Shown: positions 20,124 through 30,288, numbered from the stretch's first letter. The stretch: 64,000 nt of DNA from Minisyncoccota bacterium (GCA_965222235.1 OZ244939.1:94041-158040), one strand, 5' to 3'. Notes: a model not told the origin generated them from the sequence alone. Translations and numbers: made by a program.

Positions 20124-20413
20124 TTCAAATATTGTTGCTATAATATCGGTATGATTTTTAAGGTACTCGTAATCTTATTGTTGGTGGCAATACTTGCTGC
20201 AATCACTGCTCCAGTATGGTTCTCAGTGTTGCTGCTGTTCTTATTCACCTCAACACCTGTATAGATACTGCAAATAGTTGCGATTTGTCAATTATCTCTT
20301 TGGAAAACAATAACATCAAACCTATTATTGAATACAAAAAGTAAGAAGGACTCCCAACGCACAAACACGTTTCGGACCCCCTCTCATATTGATACACCAT
20401 CTTTACCTTCCGG

Positions 20414-20504
20414 CGGAGGGGGAGGGATTCGAACCCTCGATACGGGTATGAAACCGTATACCAGTTTTCGAAACCGGCGCTTTCAACCACTCAGCCACCC
20501 CTCC
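20414..20504 (-). tRNA. tRNA-Ser (CGA), long variable arm
   Basis: Reverse complement GGAGGGGTGGCTGAGTGGTTGAAAGCGCCGGTTTCGAAAACTGGTATACGGTTTCATACCCGTATCGAGGGTTCGAATCCCTCCCCCTCCG. Confidence 0.8.
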
Positions 20505-20528
20505 TGTATCCCCTACAGTACCACACAG

Positions 20529-22280
20529 TTACCGGTCCGGCGGTATCGCATAGTATGAGATGAGGAATTTTGTCAGAGCACTGAACGGGCGAGCGAGCGT
20601 ATCCGAGGCAAACTGCGCCTGCGGATCAACGGCATACAGGAAGATAATATACTCCGGATTCCGGGCCGGGAAATATCCGACGAATGAATGAAGGAACTTC
20701 CCTTCCGCATATTTACCGGTCTTCGGATCCACTAGCTGTGCCGTTCCCGTCTTCGCGGCAATGCTGTATCTGGTATTGCGCAGTGAGCCGCCGAGCACGC
20801 CGCGGTCATATGCCCGAATGAGATATTCAGTCACCTGATCCACAGTTGACTCCTTGAATACCCGCTTCCGCTCCCTGATATTCGCGGTGTCAGTGTTTGT
20901 CGGCGCAGTGATGATACCGCCGACATGCGACTGCTGAATATCAGAGACCACATACGGCTGGATAATGAGACCGCCGTTCGCTAACGAGGCAAAGGCCCTG
21001 ATCGCCGCTATCGGTGTCACAGCGATGCCGTGACCGTATGACGCGGTCGCAAATTCTATCGTTCTGCTGCTGTTCAGGTTGCTGACAAGTCCCGGGACTT
21101 CCTTGGGCAGGTCAATACGGGTCACATCATTGAACCGGAAACGCTGGATATAGTCCTTGTAGATGCCGACCGTTGTTTTTTCCAGCAGGAAAACGGCGCC
21201 GGTGTTCAGCGACTGGGAGATAATGGTCTGGATAGGCGTGTTCGGTCCGCGTCCCCGCTTATCGTAGTTTGAAATTTTCCGACCGTCGATAACGACACTG
21301 CCGGTATCGTTATACGTGTCTTCCGGTGAAACCCGTCCGGAATCCAACGCTATCGCCAGTGTCAATGCCTTGAACACGGATCCCATTTCATACACATCCT
21401 CAATATTCGGATTATTGAACAGCGAATAGTCGCTGACCGTGTTAAAGGTGTTCGGATTGAACGTCGGCACGGCGCCCATGGCGACCACCATCCCGTTATA
21501 TGGATTCATGATAATACCGCCCACCTTTTTCGCCTCCCATCTTTTCTGTATATCCTTCAGCTGCACTTCAAGCTCCCGCTGCGCGTTAATGTCAATGCTC
21601 AAAAAGACACTGCCGCCTCCGGAAGACTTTGTTCGCGGTACTTCATTGAGCTGCTCTTTCAGCACCGTACCCGTACTCTTCACCGTCTTATTGGAAACAC
21701 TGAGTACATCGTCAAAAATATTTTCAATACCGTACTGCCCTCTCGTCGCATCATTACTGTCAACCGATACGAAGCCGACCACGTGCGCGCCGAGTGAGCC
21801 GTGGATATATTCCCGTTTCTTGAAAGATTCAAGCCACACCCCCGTTAAACCGTAGTTTGTGATTCTCTTCTGAATGCCGTCCCGGACCGACTTTGACAGA
21901 TCTTTTGTGATAACTTCATACTCGTCGTTATTCGGCTTCCGCGCCCGCGCCAGAAAATCCTCGCGATCAATGTCTATTTCCTCGTTCAGGTGTTCATATA
22001 TTTCCTCAAGATCGTCCTGACGCAGCTCAAGCGGTGATATATTCAGATTGTATCCGAAGTGGGTTGACGCGACGAGATGCGGTGCCCCCTCCTTGTCGGT
22101 AAAGAAAATGTGGCCCCGGTCGCCGACGCTTCTGAACGGCAGATGCGCACCGACCACTCCTTTTATGCTTTTATTGAACTGATTATCATAGAGCAGGTAT
22201 ATGGTGAGCAAAGCGATGATGAGTATGCAGTAGAGCGGAACATATGCACTTTCCAGCACCTTGTTATATATACGATTCAT
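20529..22280 (-). CDS. ftsI: peptidoglycan D,D-transpeptidase FtsI (PBP3-type)
   Basis: 583 aa. N-terminal TM anchor. SxxK (MGSVFKA), SxN, KTG (AAKTGTAQL). Sits directly after rsmH-ftsL. Confidence 0.8.
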   Translation of the reverse strand: MNRIYNKVLESAYVPLYCILIIALLTIYLLYDNQFNKSIKGVVGAHLPFRSVGDRGHIFFTDKEGAPHLVASTHFGYNLNISPLELRQDDLEEIYEHLNEEIDIDREDFLARARKPNNDEYEVITKDLSKSVRDGIQKRITNYGLTGVWLESFKKREYIHGSLGAHVVGFVSVDSNDATRGQYGIENIFDDVLSVSNKTVKSTGTVLKEQLNEVPRTKSSGGGSVFLSIDINAQRELEVQLKDIQKRWEAKKVGGIIMNPYNGMVVAMGAVPTFNPNTFNTVSDYSLFNNPNIEDVYEMGSVFKALTLAIALDSGRVSPEDTYNDTGSVVIDGRKISNYDKRGRGPNTPIQTIISQSLNTGAVFLLEKTTVGIYKDYIQRFRFNDVTRIDLPKEVPGLVSNLNSSRTIEFATASYGHGIAVTPIAAIRAFASLANGGLIIQPYVVSDIQQSHVGGIITAPTNTDTANIRERKRVFKESTVDQVTEYLIRAYDRGVLGGSLRNTRYSIAAKTGTAQLVDPKTGKYAEGKFLHSFVGYFPARNPEYIIFLYAVDPQAQFASDTLARPFSALTKFLISYYAIPPDR

Positions 22281-22313
22281 ACATGTGGGTAGTGTCAGTA
22301 TACGGCATGACAG

Positions 22314-22580
22314 CTACTGCGAAACGGAAACGGTAACCGGTTCGGCTATGACGAGGTGTGTTGCCGTGAGGTCCGTATCTCTCCACATGGTAACGCTGTG
22401 CCCCGATGCGGCCATAATCTCAATTTGCAGCGTCTGTATATCTTTTTCAATATCCCAGGCGATCGTGTTGTTGTGCGTTGCCATATATACAAAATACATG
22501 TTGGCCGCTATGGCGACGATGCTCAGTGTCGCCAGTGCCGGCACCAGCCGATGTATGTAGATTGTCAAAGTATTCTTCAT
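22314..22580 (-). CDS. ftsL: FtsL-like small bitopic cell-division protein
   Basis: 88 aa with a single TM helix. Position between rsmH and ftsI matches conserved dcw order. Confidence 0.35.
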   Translation of the reverse strand: MKNTLTIYIHRLVPALATLSIVAIAANMYFVYMATHNNTIAWDIEKDIQTLQIEIMAASGHSVTMWRDTDLTATHLVIAEPVTVSVSQ

Positions 22581-22581
22581 G

Positions 22582-23475
22582 TTATATATGTGTAAAGGTT
22601 CGTAATACGGCGCTTCGGGACCGGGGATTGGCTGACTGCTCTTCCGAAGAAGCCCGCACCGCCTTTTTTCCGTTCCGGTGTCCGATACCCCCGTTCTCCC
22701 ACGCTCTGAATGTTTGTTTCACTATCCTGTCCTCCAGGCTGTGAAATGAAAGCATCACTGTTCGTGATCCGCGGTGCATGAGTGCCGGTAGCGCACCGAG
22801 AAAATCCCGCAGTGCTTCCAGCTCATCGTTGACGGCAATTCGTATCGCCTGAAATGTTCTGGTTGCCGCATGCACGTTGCGCGGATGCATCTTTCTCGGA
22901 ATCGCCCCCGAAACAATGTCCGCGAGCTGCCGCGATGTTGTGATATATTTTTCCGCACGGGCGGTGACAATGTGATCCGCTATTCTGTCCGCCCATCGCT
23001 CTTCACCGTATTCCCGAATGATATCCGCGATCTTTTCCTTCTCAAAGGTGTTCACTATCTCCGTTGCCGTAAGGGAACATCCGTTTTTCCGTGTGCTGTA
23101 GCACATGATAAGCGGTTCATCGCCCCGGAAAGAAAATCCCCTTCCGCTTTGTATCTGGTGAACGCCCCACCCAAAATCAGCAAGGATTGCATCATACGTT
23201 TGTATACCTAGGTCAGATGATATGTCTGCAATATGCCTGAAATTACCTTCAACAACATGAGCGGTGACGTGTTCCGGCACTATGAGGCGGGCTTTTGCTC
23301 CGCCGAGTGCCGTGCTGTCGGCATCTATACCGACAAATGTTCCGCGTTTCAGTTCGTTGAGCATGCACTGCGCATGTCCGGCGGTACCGATCGTTGCATC
23401 AAGAACCGTGTCGCCCGGTGCGATACTGAGTGCCGCTATCGTTTCCCGAAGCAGTACTGGCGTATGTGTCTCCAT
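22582..23475 (-). CDS. rsmH: 16S rRNA (cytosine1402-N4)-methyltransferase RsmH (MraW)
   Basis: 297 aa. N-terminal PVLLRETIAAL...DATIGTAGHA SAM motif. Conserved dcw position after mraZ. Confidence 0.9.
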   Translation of the reverse strand: METHTPVLLRETIAALSIAPGDTVLDATIGTAGHAQCMLNELKRGTFVGIDADSTALGGAKARLIVPEHVTAHVVEGNFRHIADISSDLGIQTYDAILADFGWGVHQIQSGRGFSFRGDEPLIMCYSTRKNGCSLTATEIVNTFEKEKIADIIREYGEERWADRIADHIVTARAEKYITTSRQLADIVSGAIPRKMHPRNVHAATRTFQAIRIAVNDELEALRDFLGALPALMHRGSRTVMLSFHSLEDRIVKQTFRAWENGGIGHRNGKKAVRASSEEQSANPRSRSAVLRTFTHI

Positions 23476-23480
23476 ACCCG

Positions 23481-23927
23481 CTACTGCTCGTCGCTGAGCC
23501 GCTGAAACTCCTCGCTTTCCGCAAGTTTTCTCACTTCATCCATGTCCGGCATACCGTCGGATACCCATCGCTTGGAGCTCCAAATCTGAAACCCTTCGTC
23601 CGTGCCGATGAATACGACGGTGTCGCCGAGTTCGGCGAATGACGCCAGGTGATCCGGTATGACAATTCTTCCTGAGGAATCAAGATCAACCTGATCACCC
23701 ACTGTGAGAAACCGGGAAATCTTCCGGTGTTTTTCATTAATTGACAGCCGCCTGTTCAGCTGCTGCGCTTTTGTTTTTCCGCCTTCCCACAGTTTCGCCG
23801 AATATACACTGAGACAACCGTCAAGGTGTCTCGTTATAACCACAGCCCCGCCAATCTCCTGCCGATACCGGGTTGGGATGGAGATCCTTCGCTTTGTATC
23901 CATTGTTAAATGTATTTCCGAGAGCAT
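23481..23927 (-). CDS. mraZ: transcriptional regulator MraZ
   Basis: Two MraZ half-domains with DxxxR-type motifs (TKRRISIPTRYRQE, DSSGRIVIPDHL). Start chosen at ATG 23927. Confidence 0.8.
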   Translation of the reverse strand: MLSEIHLTMDTKRRISIPTRYRQEIGGAVVITRHLDGCLSVYSAKLWEGGKTKAQQLNRRLSINEKHRKISRFLTVGDQVDLDSSGRIVIPDHLASFAELGDTVVFIGTDEGFQIWSSKRWVSDGMPDMDEVRKLAESEEFQRLSDEQ

Positions 23928-23942
23928 AGGGTATGGTCTTAT

Positions 23943-24010
23943 TCCCCACCACAATTCTACTGTATCCCACTTCATTCCACTGTATTCCACAAAACCCCAC
24001 AGTTTTCCAC
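23943..24010 (-). promoter_or_regulatory. MraZ operator: six direct GTGG(G/A)A repeats with 10-bp phasing upstream of mraZ
   Basis: On the + strand, TCCCAC/TTCCAC repeats end at 23949, 23970, 23980, 23990, 24000 and 24010. MraZ proteins bind phased GTGGG-type direct repeats in their own promoter. Confidence 0.5.
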
Positions 24011-24141
24011 ATTTGAGTATTTATATTCCCAAAAACCCTTATTTACCAAGCTTTTTTGTTGACTCTTTTTTCTGCCCTATGTGGAAAAACACCGAGATCC
24101 GCTATTGACAACAGTACTACGGATGCTACACTTAACAAACA

Positions 24142-24594
24142 GTGAGCGAAGAAACTTTTATCACCACCAAAGAAAAACAGGAGTTTGAGCGGGAGCTTGA
24201 ACATCTGAAAAAGGTGGAGCGGGTTAAGATTCTTGAGCAGTTAAAAGTTGCCCGTTCGTACGGTGATCTGCGGGAAAACAGCGAGTATGACGCAGCACGA
24301 AAAAAACAGGCGGCGGTTGAAGGCCGCATCGGTGAGATTGAAAATATATTAAAGTCCACGCGGGTGGTCAACGAAGATCACGAGATAGAAACGGTGACGA
24401 TCGGCAATACCGTTGATGTTGAAATATCCGGTCAGGGAAAGAAAATATTTGATATAGGCACTAAGGGAAAAAATATTGCGATTTCCCCCCACTCTCCCAT
24501 AGCCAAGGGGCTGCTCGGCAAGCGGGTCGGTGAAATTGTCACCCTTACCATACCGAAGGGACCGGTGACGATGAAAATTGCCGATATCAGCTGA
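24142..24594 (+). CDS. greA: transcription elongation factor GreA
   Basis: 150 aa. GTG start. Coiled-coil N-domain with DLRENSEYDAA and a FKBP-like C-domain. Confidence 0.85.
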   Translation: MSEETFITTKEKQEFERELEHLKKVERVKILEQLKVARSYGDLRENSEYDAARKKQAAVEGRIGEIENILKSTRVVNEDHEIETVTIGNTVDVEISGQGKKIFDIGTKGKNIAISPHSPIAKGLLGKRVGEIVTLTIPKGPVTMKIADIS

Positions 24595-26322
24595 TTACTG
24601 CTGCATATATGACGGCGCATACAGCCGCATGCTGTCGAAAAATAGTTTGGCCGCGCTGATTGCGCCGCCCCCCCGTTTTCCGTATTCCATGACAATGGCG
24701 AATGTATACTGCGGATTTTCATACGGGAAAAAACCGATGAGAAGCGAATGGACAAAACCGCCCCTGCCCACCTGCGCGGTACCGGTTTTCACCGCAAGGT
24801 TATACGCATCGTTCGCAAGCTCCTTCGCCGTTCCCTCGGTAATTGTTTTCCGCATGCCGCGACGTACGATACTCAGCGTTTCCTCGGAAATGGCGAGCGA
24901 AATCTTCTCCCCTTCCTCATGCGCGATGAGATGGGGTTCAACCAGATAGCCCCCGTTCACTAACGCGGCCGATGCGCGCGCCATCTGCAGCGGCGTTACC
25001 TGAAACGCATACTGGCCGATAACGGTGTTGTATGTGTCTCCCACACGCCAATCTTCGTCATAGACACTTTCTTTCCACTCCCGGCTCGGCACCAGCCCCG
25101 CCGGCTCGTGGAATATACCGAGCCGCGTCGGCGCACCGTATCCGAAGATGCTCGCGTAAGTTTTCAGGCGGTCAATGCCGAGGCCTGCCTGCCGCTCATA
25201 CCCGCCGCCGACATGATAGAAATACACATTTGATGAATGTGCCAGTGCGCCGTATATATCCAGCGGTCCGTGCACCTTCCAATCTTTGTAGGTGTAGACG
25301 ATGGACGAATCATACGGGTTCTGTACGGTGATATATCCGTTGCTGACAATAATAGTGTGCGGAGAAACAACATTCTCCTCCAGTGCAGCGACGGCAAAAA
25401 ATGGTTTTATGGTTGATCCCGGGCTGTACAGGCCCGATACGGCTCTGCTGACAAATATGCCGTTCTCCCCACCTTCTCCGGCGCTTTCAGGGGTGTTTGT
25501 CAGCAGATTGTTGTCAAACTCGGGGTATGAGGTAAGTGCTATGATCTCTCCGGTGTTGCTGTTCAGCAGCACGCCGGAACCCGCCCGGAATCCGACCTGA
25601 TTCACTGTCTTTTTGATTGATTGGTACAAAAATTTTTGCACATCGGCATCAATGGACGTAACGATATCCTCACCGTCGGATGCTTCCTCAATAAATCGTT
25701 CAGAAACGGTCTCCCCCTTTGCGTCCTTTTCAAGAATGAACGACCCGTTTTTTCCCGAAAGCTCCAGATCATACATTTCTTCAAGCCCCCCTTCCCCTTC
25801 GGTTTTCTGCCGGTAATAGTTATCGGAACTGTCCTTCTTCGGATACCGCACAAAGCCGAGCAGTGTACTGAATCCCGGCGCCAGATAGTTTCGCGCCGGT
25901 ATATCATTGATAATGTCGCCGGTATTCCATGCGAGTGCCGTGCCGTTTCTGTCATGAATGTCACCACGGACCGCCAGCACCGGCACCCGTATGAATGTAT
26001 TATTCTCGCTGATATACCGATAGGTATCCCCCGCGGCTATCTGCAGCATCCCGACACGGAAAATGGTGTATATGACGGCGAGCATAAGAATGGCCGCAAG
26101 CAGATATATGTGGCGTCTGGTGACCGCATACCGCAGTCGTCCTTCACCGTGGCTGACAAGGAAATTTTTCGCACCGCTGTCCGTAAATGTTTCATGCAGG
26201 TTTAATCTCAGCCTGGGCTGTCTTTTTTTTCTGAATAGGTGTCTGATCATATTCTGCTGATATGTTTGAGAAATGCATAAAAGAGCAGTCCCGGTATCGT
26301 ATAGAATGTCAGCGATGTCCAT
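24595..26322 (-). CDS. mrdA: peptidoglycan D,D-transpeptidase MrdA (PBP2-type)
   Basis: 575 aa. TM anchor. STIK (SxxK), HSSN (SxN), KTGTAQV. Directly downstream of mreBCD. Confidence 0.8.
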   Translation of the reverse strand: MDIADILYDTGTALLCISQTYQQNMIRHLFRKKRQPRLRLNLHETFTDSGAKNFLVSHGEGRLRYAVTRRHIYLLAAILMLAVIYTIFRVGMLQIAAGDTYRYISENNTFIRVPVLAVRGDIHDRNGTALAWNTGDIINDIPARNYLAPGFSTLLGFVRYPKKDSSDNYYRQKTEGEGGLEEMYDLELSGKNGSFILEKDAKGETVSERFIEEASDGEDIVTSIDADVQKFLYQSIKKTVNQVGFRAGSGVLLNSNTGEIIALTSYPEFDNNLLTNTPESAGEGGENGIFVSRAVSGLYSPGSTIKPFFAVAALEENVVSPHTIIVSNGYITVQNPYDSSIVYTYKDWKVHGPLDIYGALAHSSNVYFYHVGGGYERQAGLGIDRLKTYASIFGYGAPTRLGIFHEPAGLVPSREWKESVYDEDWRVGDTYNTVIGQYAFQVTPLQMARASAALVNGGYLVEPHLIAHEEGEKISLAISEETLSIVRRGMRKTITEGTAKELANDAYNLAVKTGTAQVGRGGFVHSLLIGFFPYENPQYTFAIVMEYGKRGGGAISAAKLFFDSMRLYAPSYMQQ

Positions 26323-26510
26323 ATAGACGCTCCTGAAGGCAGAAATAATGAATCAACGAGCACGGAAAACACAATCGCGGCCACGTGCGCGCCGCAGGCG
26401 ACCGCAATCAAAGGAAAGGCCGCCAGCCCGGCAAACGGCAAAAGCGGCGCGAGCACCATACCGCTCACCAGGACACCGTATCCGATAGTTTTCTTTCGCA
26501 TGTCATTCAT
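26247..26510 (-). CDS. mreD: MreD-like small polytopic membrane protein
   Basis: 87 aa and hydrophobic. Position between mreC and mrdA. Confidence 0.35.
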   Translation of the reverse strand: MNDMRKKTIGYGVLVSGMVLAPLLPFAGLAAFPLIAVACGAHVAAIVFSVLVDSLFLPSGASIWTSLTFYTIPGLLFYAFLKHISRI

Positions 26511-26513
26511 ATA

Positions 26514-27221
26514 TTATTCCGTTTCTTTATCTTCATACTTCCGCCTGATCTCCTCCTCCTGTTCCCTGATCGCCTGTTCCTTTTTAGACTCGTCCACGCT
26601 TATACCTCCGTCGTGCCGCAGATACAGCACGGACATACCGGCGGGATTCTCGGCAATGACGCTGCCGATTCGCTGTATGTTTCTCTCCGAGATTTCATCA
26701 ACGGTGATGACGGAACCCGCAACCGCTCCCGTTGTCTGATGGATAATGGATTTTCCGTACCGTATGCTCCGGTCTATCGGTGTAATGAGATGAAAACCGC
26801 CGCCGCCGACTCCCTTTCCCTCCGCCACATGTCCGTCCACCGAGAAGATTTCCTTGCTGAGAGCGGAACTGAACAGCACAACGGTATAGAGCGAACCGCG
26901 CTGTTTATCAATGTATCCGACCGGCATTCCTTTTTCAGTGTAGACATACGGGGATCCGGTATACGGTCTGCCGGTTCTCTCGGTCACCAGCACGCTGTCA
27001 TACGGCGTCTGCGGCGGGCGGGCGATGACATACAGCGGAACTGTGCCCGGCTCATCCGCCGCCGCAGGCTGAATCTCCGGATGTGACGGATACCGATATA
27101 TAGCTGAAAACAACGCGCTTGATACCGTAACATACAGGGACGGAAACAGCAGGTAGCTGACCAGTACGCCGCTTATAAGAAGGTAGGATATATAAATGCC
27201 CGCCATTTGTTCTTTTCGCAT
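26514..27221 (-). CDS. mreC: MreC-like rod-shape protein
   Basis: 235 aa. N-terminal TM, beta-rich periplasmic body, charged C-terminal tail. Position after mreB. Confidence 0.45.
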   Translation of the reverse strand: MRKEQMAGIYISYLLISGVLVSYLLFPSLYVTVSSALFSAIYRYPSHPEIQPAAADEPGTVPLYVIARPPQTPYDSVLVTERTGRPYTGSPYVYTEKGMPVGYIDKQRGSLYTVVLFSSALSKEIFSVDGHVAEGKGVGGGGFHLITPIDRSIRYGKSIIHQTTGAVAGSVITVDEISERNIQRIGSVIAENPAGMSVLYLRHDGGISVDESKKEQAIREQEEEIRRKYEDKETE

Positions 27222-27239
27222 GTATACATACTACTACAC

Positions 27240-28379
27240 CTATAAGAAATATTTTTCATACCGGGATGAGTGTCGCGCTATCATCACCGTGCCCCGCGCA
27301 ACCACGGTTGTCGGACCGTCCGGTATAACAATGTTAAGATTGAGAGAATCTTTTATCCGATCTGAAAAACTGTGAATGAGCGGTCCGCCGCCCACAAACA
27401 AAATCCCGTTATTCTGCAGATCAGCGAGCACTTCGGGCGAGGCGTGTTTCGTAAATGCGTTAATGTGCGTCACTATCTCTTCAACGCACGGAGTGATGAA
27501 GTGAAGCACCTCGTCAAAGGTTACATCAATTTCCATCGGCAGATCATTGGACACGTTTCTTCCCTGTACCCTGAACATTTTTCTCTCAATTGCCGACTGC
27601 ATAATAGCCACCTTTAAATCTTCCGCCGTCCGTATACCGACGGCCATCTGCCGCTTCTCCCTGAGCCCGTTCATAATAGCACGGTCAAATGCATTTCCGG
27701 CGACGCGAATGCTGTCGGAGGCGATGATCTCTCCGCCCACCAAAATCATAGCATCGCTGGTGCCGCCGCCGACGTCAACAACCATGCTTGATGTTTCCTC
27801 CTTCAACGACAGGCCCAGTCCGACCGCAGCGGCCAACGGCTCATAGACAATATGAATTCGCCGGGCACCGGCATCAATTGCGGCATCCCTGACGGCGTTG
27901 ATTTCCGTCTGCGTCGTGCAGCACGGAACGCCCACGACGACCTCGGGGCCGAGAATTTTCGGGGACATATCCTGCACACTGCGGAATATATATTCAAATA
28001 ACTGTTCGGTCACCTCATAGTCATACACAACACCCTTCTGTACCGGCTGTACCACTTCTATATGCTCCGGCGTGCGCCCTATCATCACCCGGGCCCGTTT
28101 GCCGACCGCAATGACCTGTTCTGTTTTTTTGTTCACCGCAACCAGCGTCGGCTCCGACAGCACAATCCCCTTGTCCTCAAGATACACGACGGTGGTGGCT
28201 GTTCCCAGATCAACACCGACACGATTTGAGAAGAAATCAATCAACGAAGAGTTTTTTTCCGAACGGACCGGCTCTTCAGCCGCCCTGTCACCGTCTTTCT
28301 TCCGAAAGAACGCGCCCATCTTCGGCAGCACCTTTCTGATCCCGGTCATTGCAGTGCTGGTTGTCTCTTTCTTCTCCAT
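27240..28379 (-). CDS. mreB: rod-shape actin homologue MreB, with a ~45-aa basic N-terminal extension
   Basis: VGVDLGTATTVVY phosphate-1 motif, DVGGGTSD phosphate-2 motif, actin fold length. Confidence 0.85.
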   Translation of the reverse strand: MEKKETTSTAMTGIRKVLPKMGAFFRKKDGDRAAEEPVRSEKNSSLIDFFSNRVGVDLGTATTVVYLEDKGIVLSEPTLVAVNKKTEQVIAVGKRARVMIGRTPEHIEVVQPVQKGVVYDYEVTEQLFEYIFRSVQDMSPKILGPEVVVGVPCCTTQTEINAVRDAAIDAGARRIHIVYEPLAAAVGLGLSLKEETSSMVVDVGGGTSDAMILVGGEIIASDSIRVAGNAFDRAIMNGLREKRQMAVGIRTAEDLKVAIMQSAIERKMFRVQGRNVSNDLPMEIDVTFDEVLHFITPCVEEIVTHINAFTKHASPEVLADLQNNGILFVGGGPLIHSFSDRIKDSLNLNIVIPDGPTTVVARGTVMIARHSSRYEKYFL

Positions 28380-28381
28380 AG

Positions 28382-28933
28382 CTATGCCTGTATGCCGGCC
28401 ATTTTGCTTTTACACATATCATCTATCTCCGCATTTGCTCCGTCAACTTCCTCCTGTATCTGTTTCTTCAGCATAAATTCTTCATCCTCCGATATGCTGT
28501 CTCCCGTTTTTCTTTTCCGTATGTCGCCGATCAGTTTTTCCCGTACCCCGCGAATTGATTTCTTCGCTTCCTCAGCCCGCTCTTTCACGACTCTGGCGAG
28601 CATATCCCTGCGCTCAGCGGTCAACTCATGCGCCGTTATTCTGATACCCGTATCATTGACTGACACTGTTGCGGACGGCACCTGCTCCCGCAGCGCCGTT
28701 TCCATTTCCTGCGTCAATGTCTGATCATACGGAACAACCAGCAGCACTCTCGGTTCTTCTGAGGTGACGGAGGCGGCGTAATGCAAAGCCGTCTTCGCGC
28801 CGTACGCAGATATCGTCACGCCGTTCAGCAATGACGGCAACATGGCGCCGGACTGTATACCGGCAAACTCCTCACTCAGCCAGCCCGTTATCTCCCTTTT
28901 TCTCTCTAAAAATAGTCTTCGGTCATCGCTCAT
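28382..28933 (-). CDS. frr: ribosome recycling factor
   Basis: RRF motifs LLNGVTISAYG, LTAERRDMLARVVKERAEEAKKSIRGVRE. Start at ATG 28933. Confidence 0.85.
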   Translation of the reverse strand: MSDDRRLFLERKREITGWLSEEFAGIQSGAMLPSLLNGVTISAYGAKTALHYAASVTSEEPRVLLVVPYDQTLTQEMETALREQVPSATVSVNDTGIRITAHELTAERRDMLARVVKERAEEAKKSIRGVREKLIGDIRKRKTGDSISEDEEFMLKKQIQEEVDGANAEIDDMCKSKMAGIQA

Positions 28934-28983
28934 AGGTATATAGTAGCACAGGGCCGTTTTCAAGCAAAAGATGCCCGCGGGAA

Positions 28984-29622
28984 TCAGATAAATGCGAATA
29001 TCTGAAGTGTTCCTTTGTGCAGCGCACCGTGGTCAACGGCATCGCGCAGGTGCTCAACCGCCCTGCGGCACCGATCAACCGTATCGGCATCACCCGATGT
29101 CCTGATGGCGGTATGAAGATATATTTCGGCATCCCGGAGCAGTGCGAGAATTGCGGTGTGGCGAACACCTTCCCCCCGATCCCACAGTGTGTCAATCATG
29201 GCAAGCCGCTTTTTCGGCGCAGCACCGATGAACTCGGTGAAGTGCTCTGAAAGCGCGTTTCCGTCTTCCCCGTTGTTTTCAACAACATAGCAACGGGAGA
29301 GGAGTGTTTCCAGAACGGCGGTACCGGGCGGAAAGACGATAAAAAAGTATACTCCCTGCTGCATTTCTTCAAGTATTTTAAGCAGCGCATTCTGTGCCTG
29401 CACCGATGCACCGGTCGCCTCAAGAATTACCCGGCGCATCGGCGCATCTGTTGAATGGTGTGCGTACTCATGGAGCCAGCGCACATCCTCAACGCTGAGA
29501 TGTTTCCCGATTCGTATGACATATCGTTCCTCATGCACATTCGTCTCCACATGTTCGGGAACCGTGCCGAATATGATATATGCATGGTGCTGCGGACGCT
29601 CGCAGATGTCTTCAAAATTCAT
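28984..29622 (-). CDS. holB: DNA polymerase III clamp-loader delta-prime-like subunit (no intact Walker A)
   Basis: 212 aa. Sensor-1-like VQAQNALLKILEE is characteristic of clamp-loader AAA+ subunits. The N-terminal HAYIIFG lacks a GKT P-loop. Confidence 0.5.
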   Translation of the reverse strand: MNFEDICERPQHHAYIIFGTVPEHVETNVHEERYVIRIGKHLSVEDVRWLHEYAHHSTDAPMRRVILEATGASVQAQNALLKILEEMQQGVYFFIVFPPGTAVLETLLSRCYVVENNGEDGNALSEHFTEFIGAAPKKRLAMIDTLWDRGEGVRHTAILALLRDAEIYLHTAIRTSGDADTVDRCRRAVEHLRDAVDHGALHKGTLQIFAFI

Positions 29623-29655
29623 GTAGGTATAGTAACATCCGGGGTGTGCCGTACG

Positions 29656-30288
29656 CTATTCCTCCCCCCCGCACCGGTTGAGGACAAACGAAACGGTGTC
29701 CAACAGATGCCCTATATCCTCAGTCTCATCCAAGGATGTGCCGTAACGCAGCTTCAGCACACTGCTGACGGCATCGCGCGCGGTTTTCATCTCCTCCTGT
29801 TTTTCCTGCTCTGTCGCTCCGGTTCTGTTCAGGTGCCGCTCCAGCGTTTCTTCAACCAATTCGGTGTACAGAGCAGCGATGGTCGGCTGCTCGGCGCGCG
29901 CGGGCAGTGCACAACCGGAGAGATGCGCGAGCACTTCGGGAGATATAGAGCCGGTGCACCGCATACCGCCGGGAAATGTCCATGTCGGATACCGTTGTAT
30001 GTTCTCATCCCCGCACACCTGTTTCTGACTTTTTCGGTCGGGTTCCGAACATTCAACATACGGAAGGGCATCGTCAACCGGGGAAAATTCGCTCTTCTGC
30101 TGCGCGCACAGCGGACACCAAAAGGCACCGTAGAATACGGCATTGTTCTCCGTCAGACACTGTGCAAGTTCCGAGAGCGCGGCGCGGCGCGGCGCTTCAG
30201 ATCGATCCGCGTACCACAAGCCGGCGACAACCAGTGCCGCTATCACCACAGCCGCCGTGCCGTAGAGTAGACAGATCCTCTGTTCCAT
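29656..30288 (-). CDS. membrane-anchored thioredoxin-fold thiol-disulfide oxidoreductase
   Basis: N-terminal TM helix. FYGAFWCPLCAQQK CxxC motif. A second cysteine pair lies downstream. Confidence 0.5.
   Translation of the reverse strand: MEQRICLLYGTAAVVIAALVVAGLWYADRSEAPRRAALSELAQCLTENNAVFYGAFWCPLCAQQKSEFSPVDDALPYVECSEPDRKSQKQVCGDENIQRYPTWTFPGGMRCTGSISPEVLAHLSGCALPARAEQPTIAALYTELVEETLERHLNRTGATEQEKQEEMKTARDAVSSVLKLRYGTSLDETEDIGHLLDTVSFVLNRCGGEE

Noticed and set aside
20245-20558. ORFs 20245..20490(-) and 20328..20558(+)
   Set aside because: Both run through the tRNA-Ser gene and its flanks, so they are spurious.
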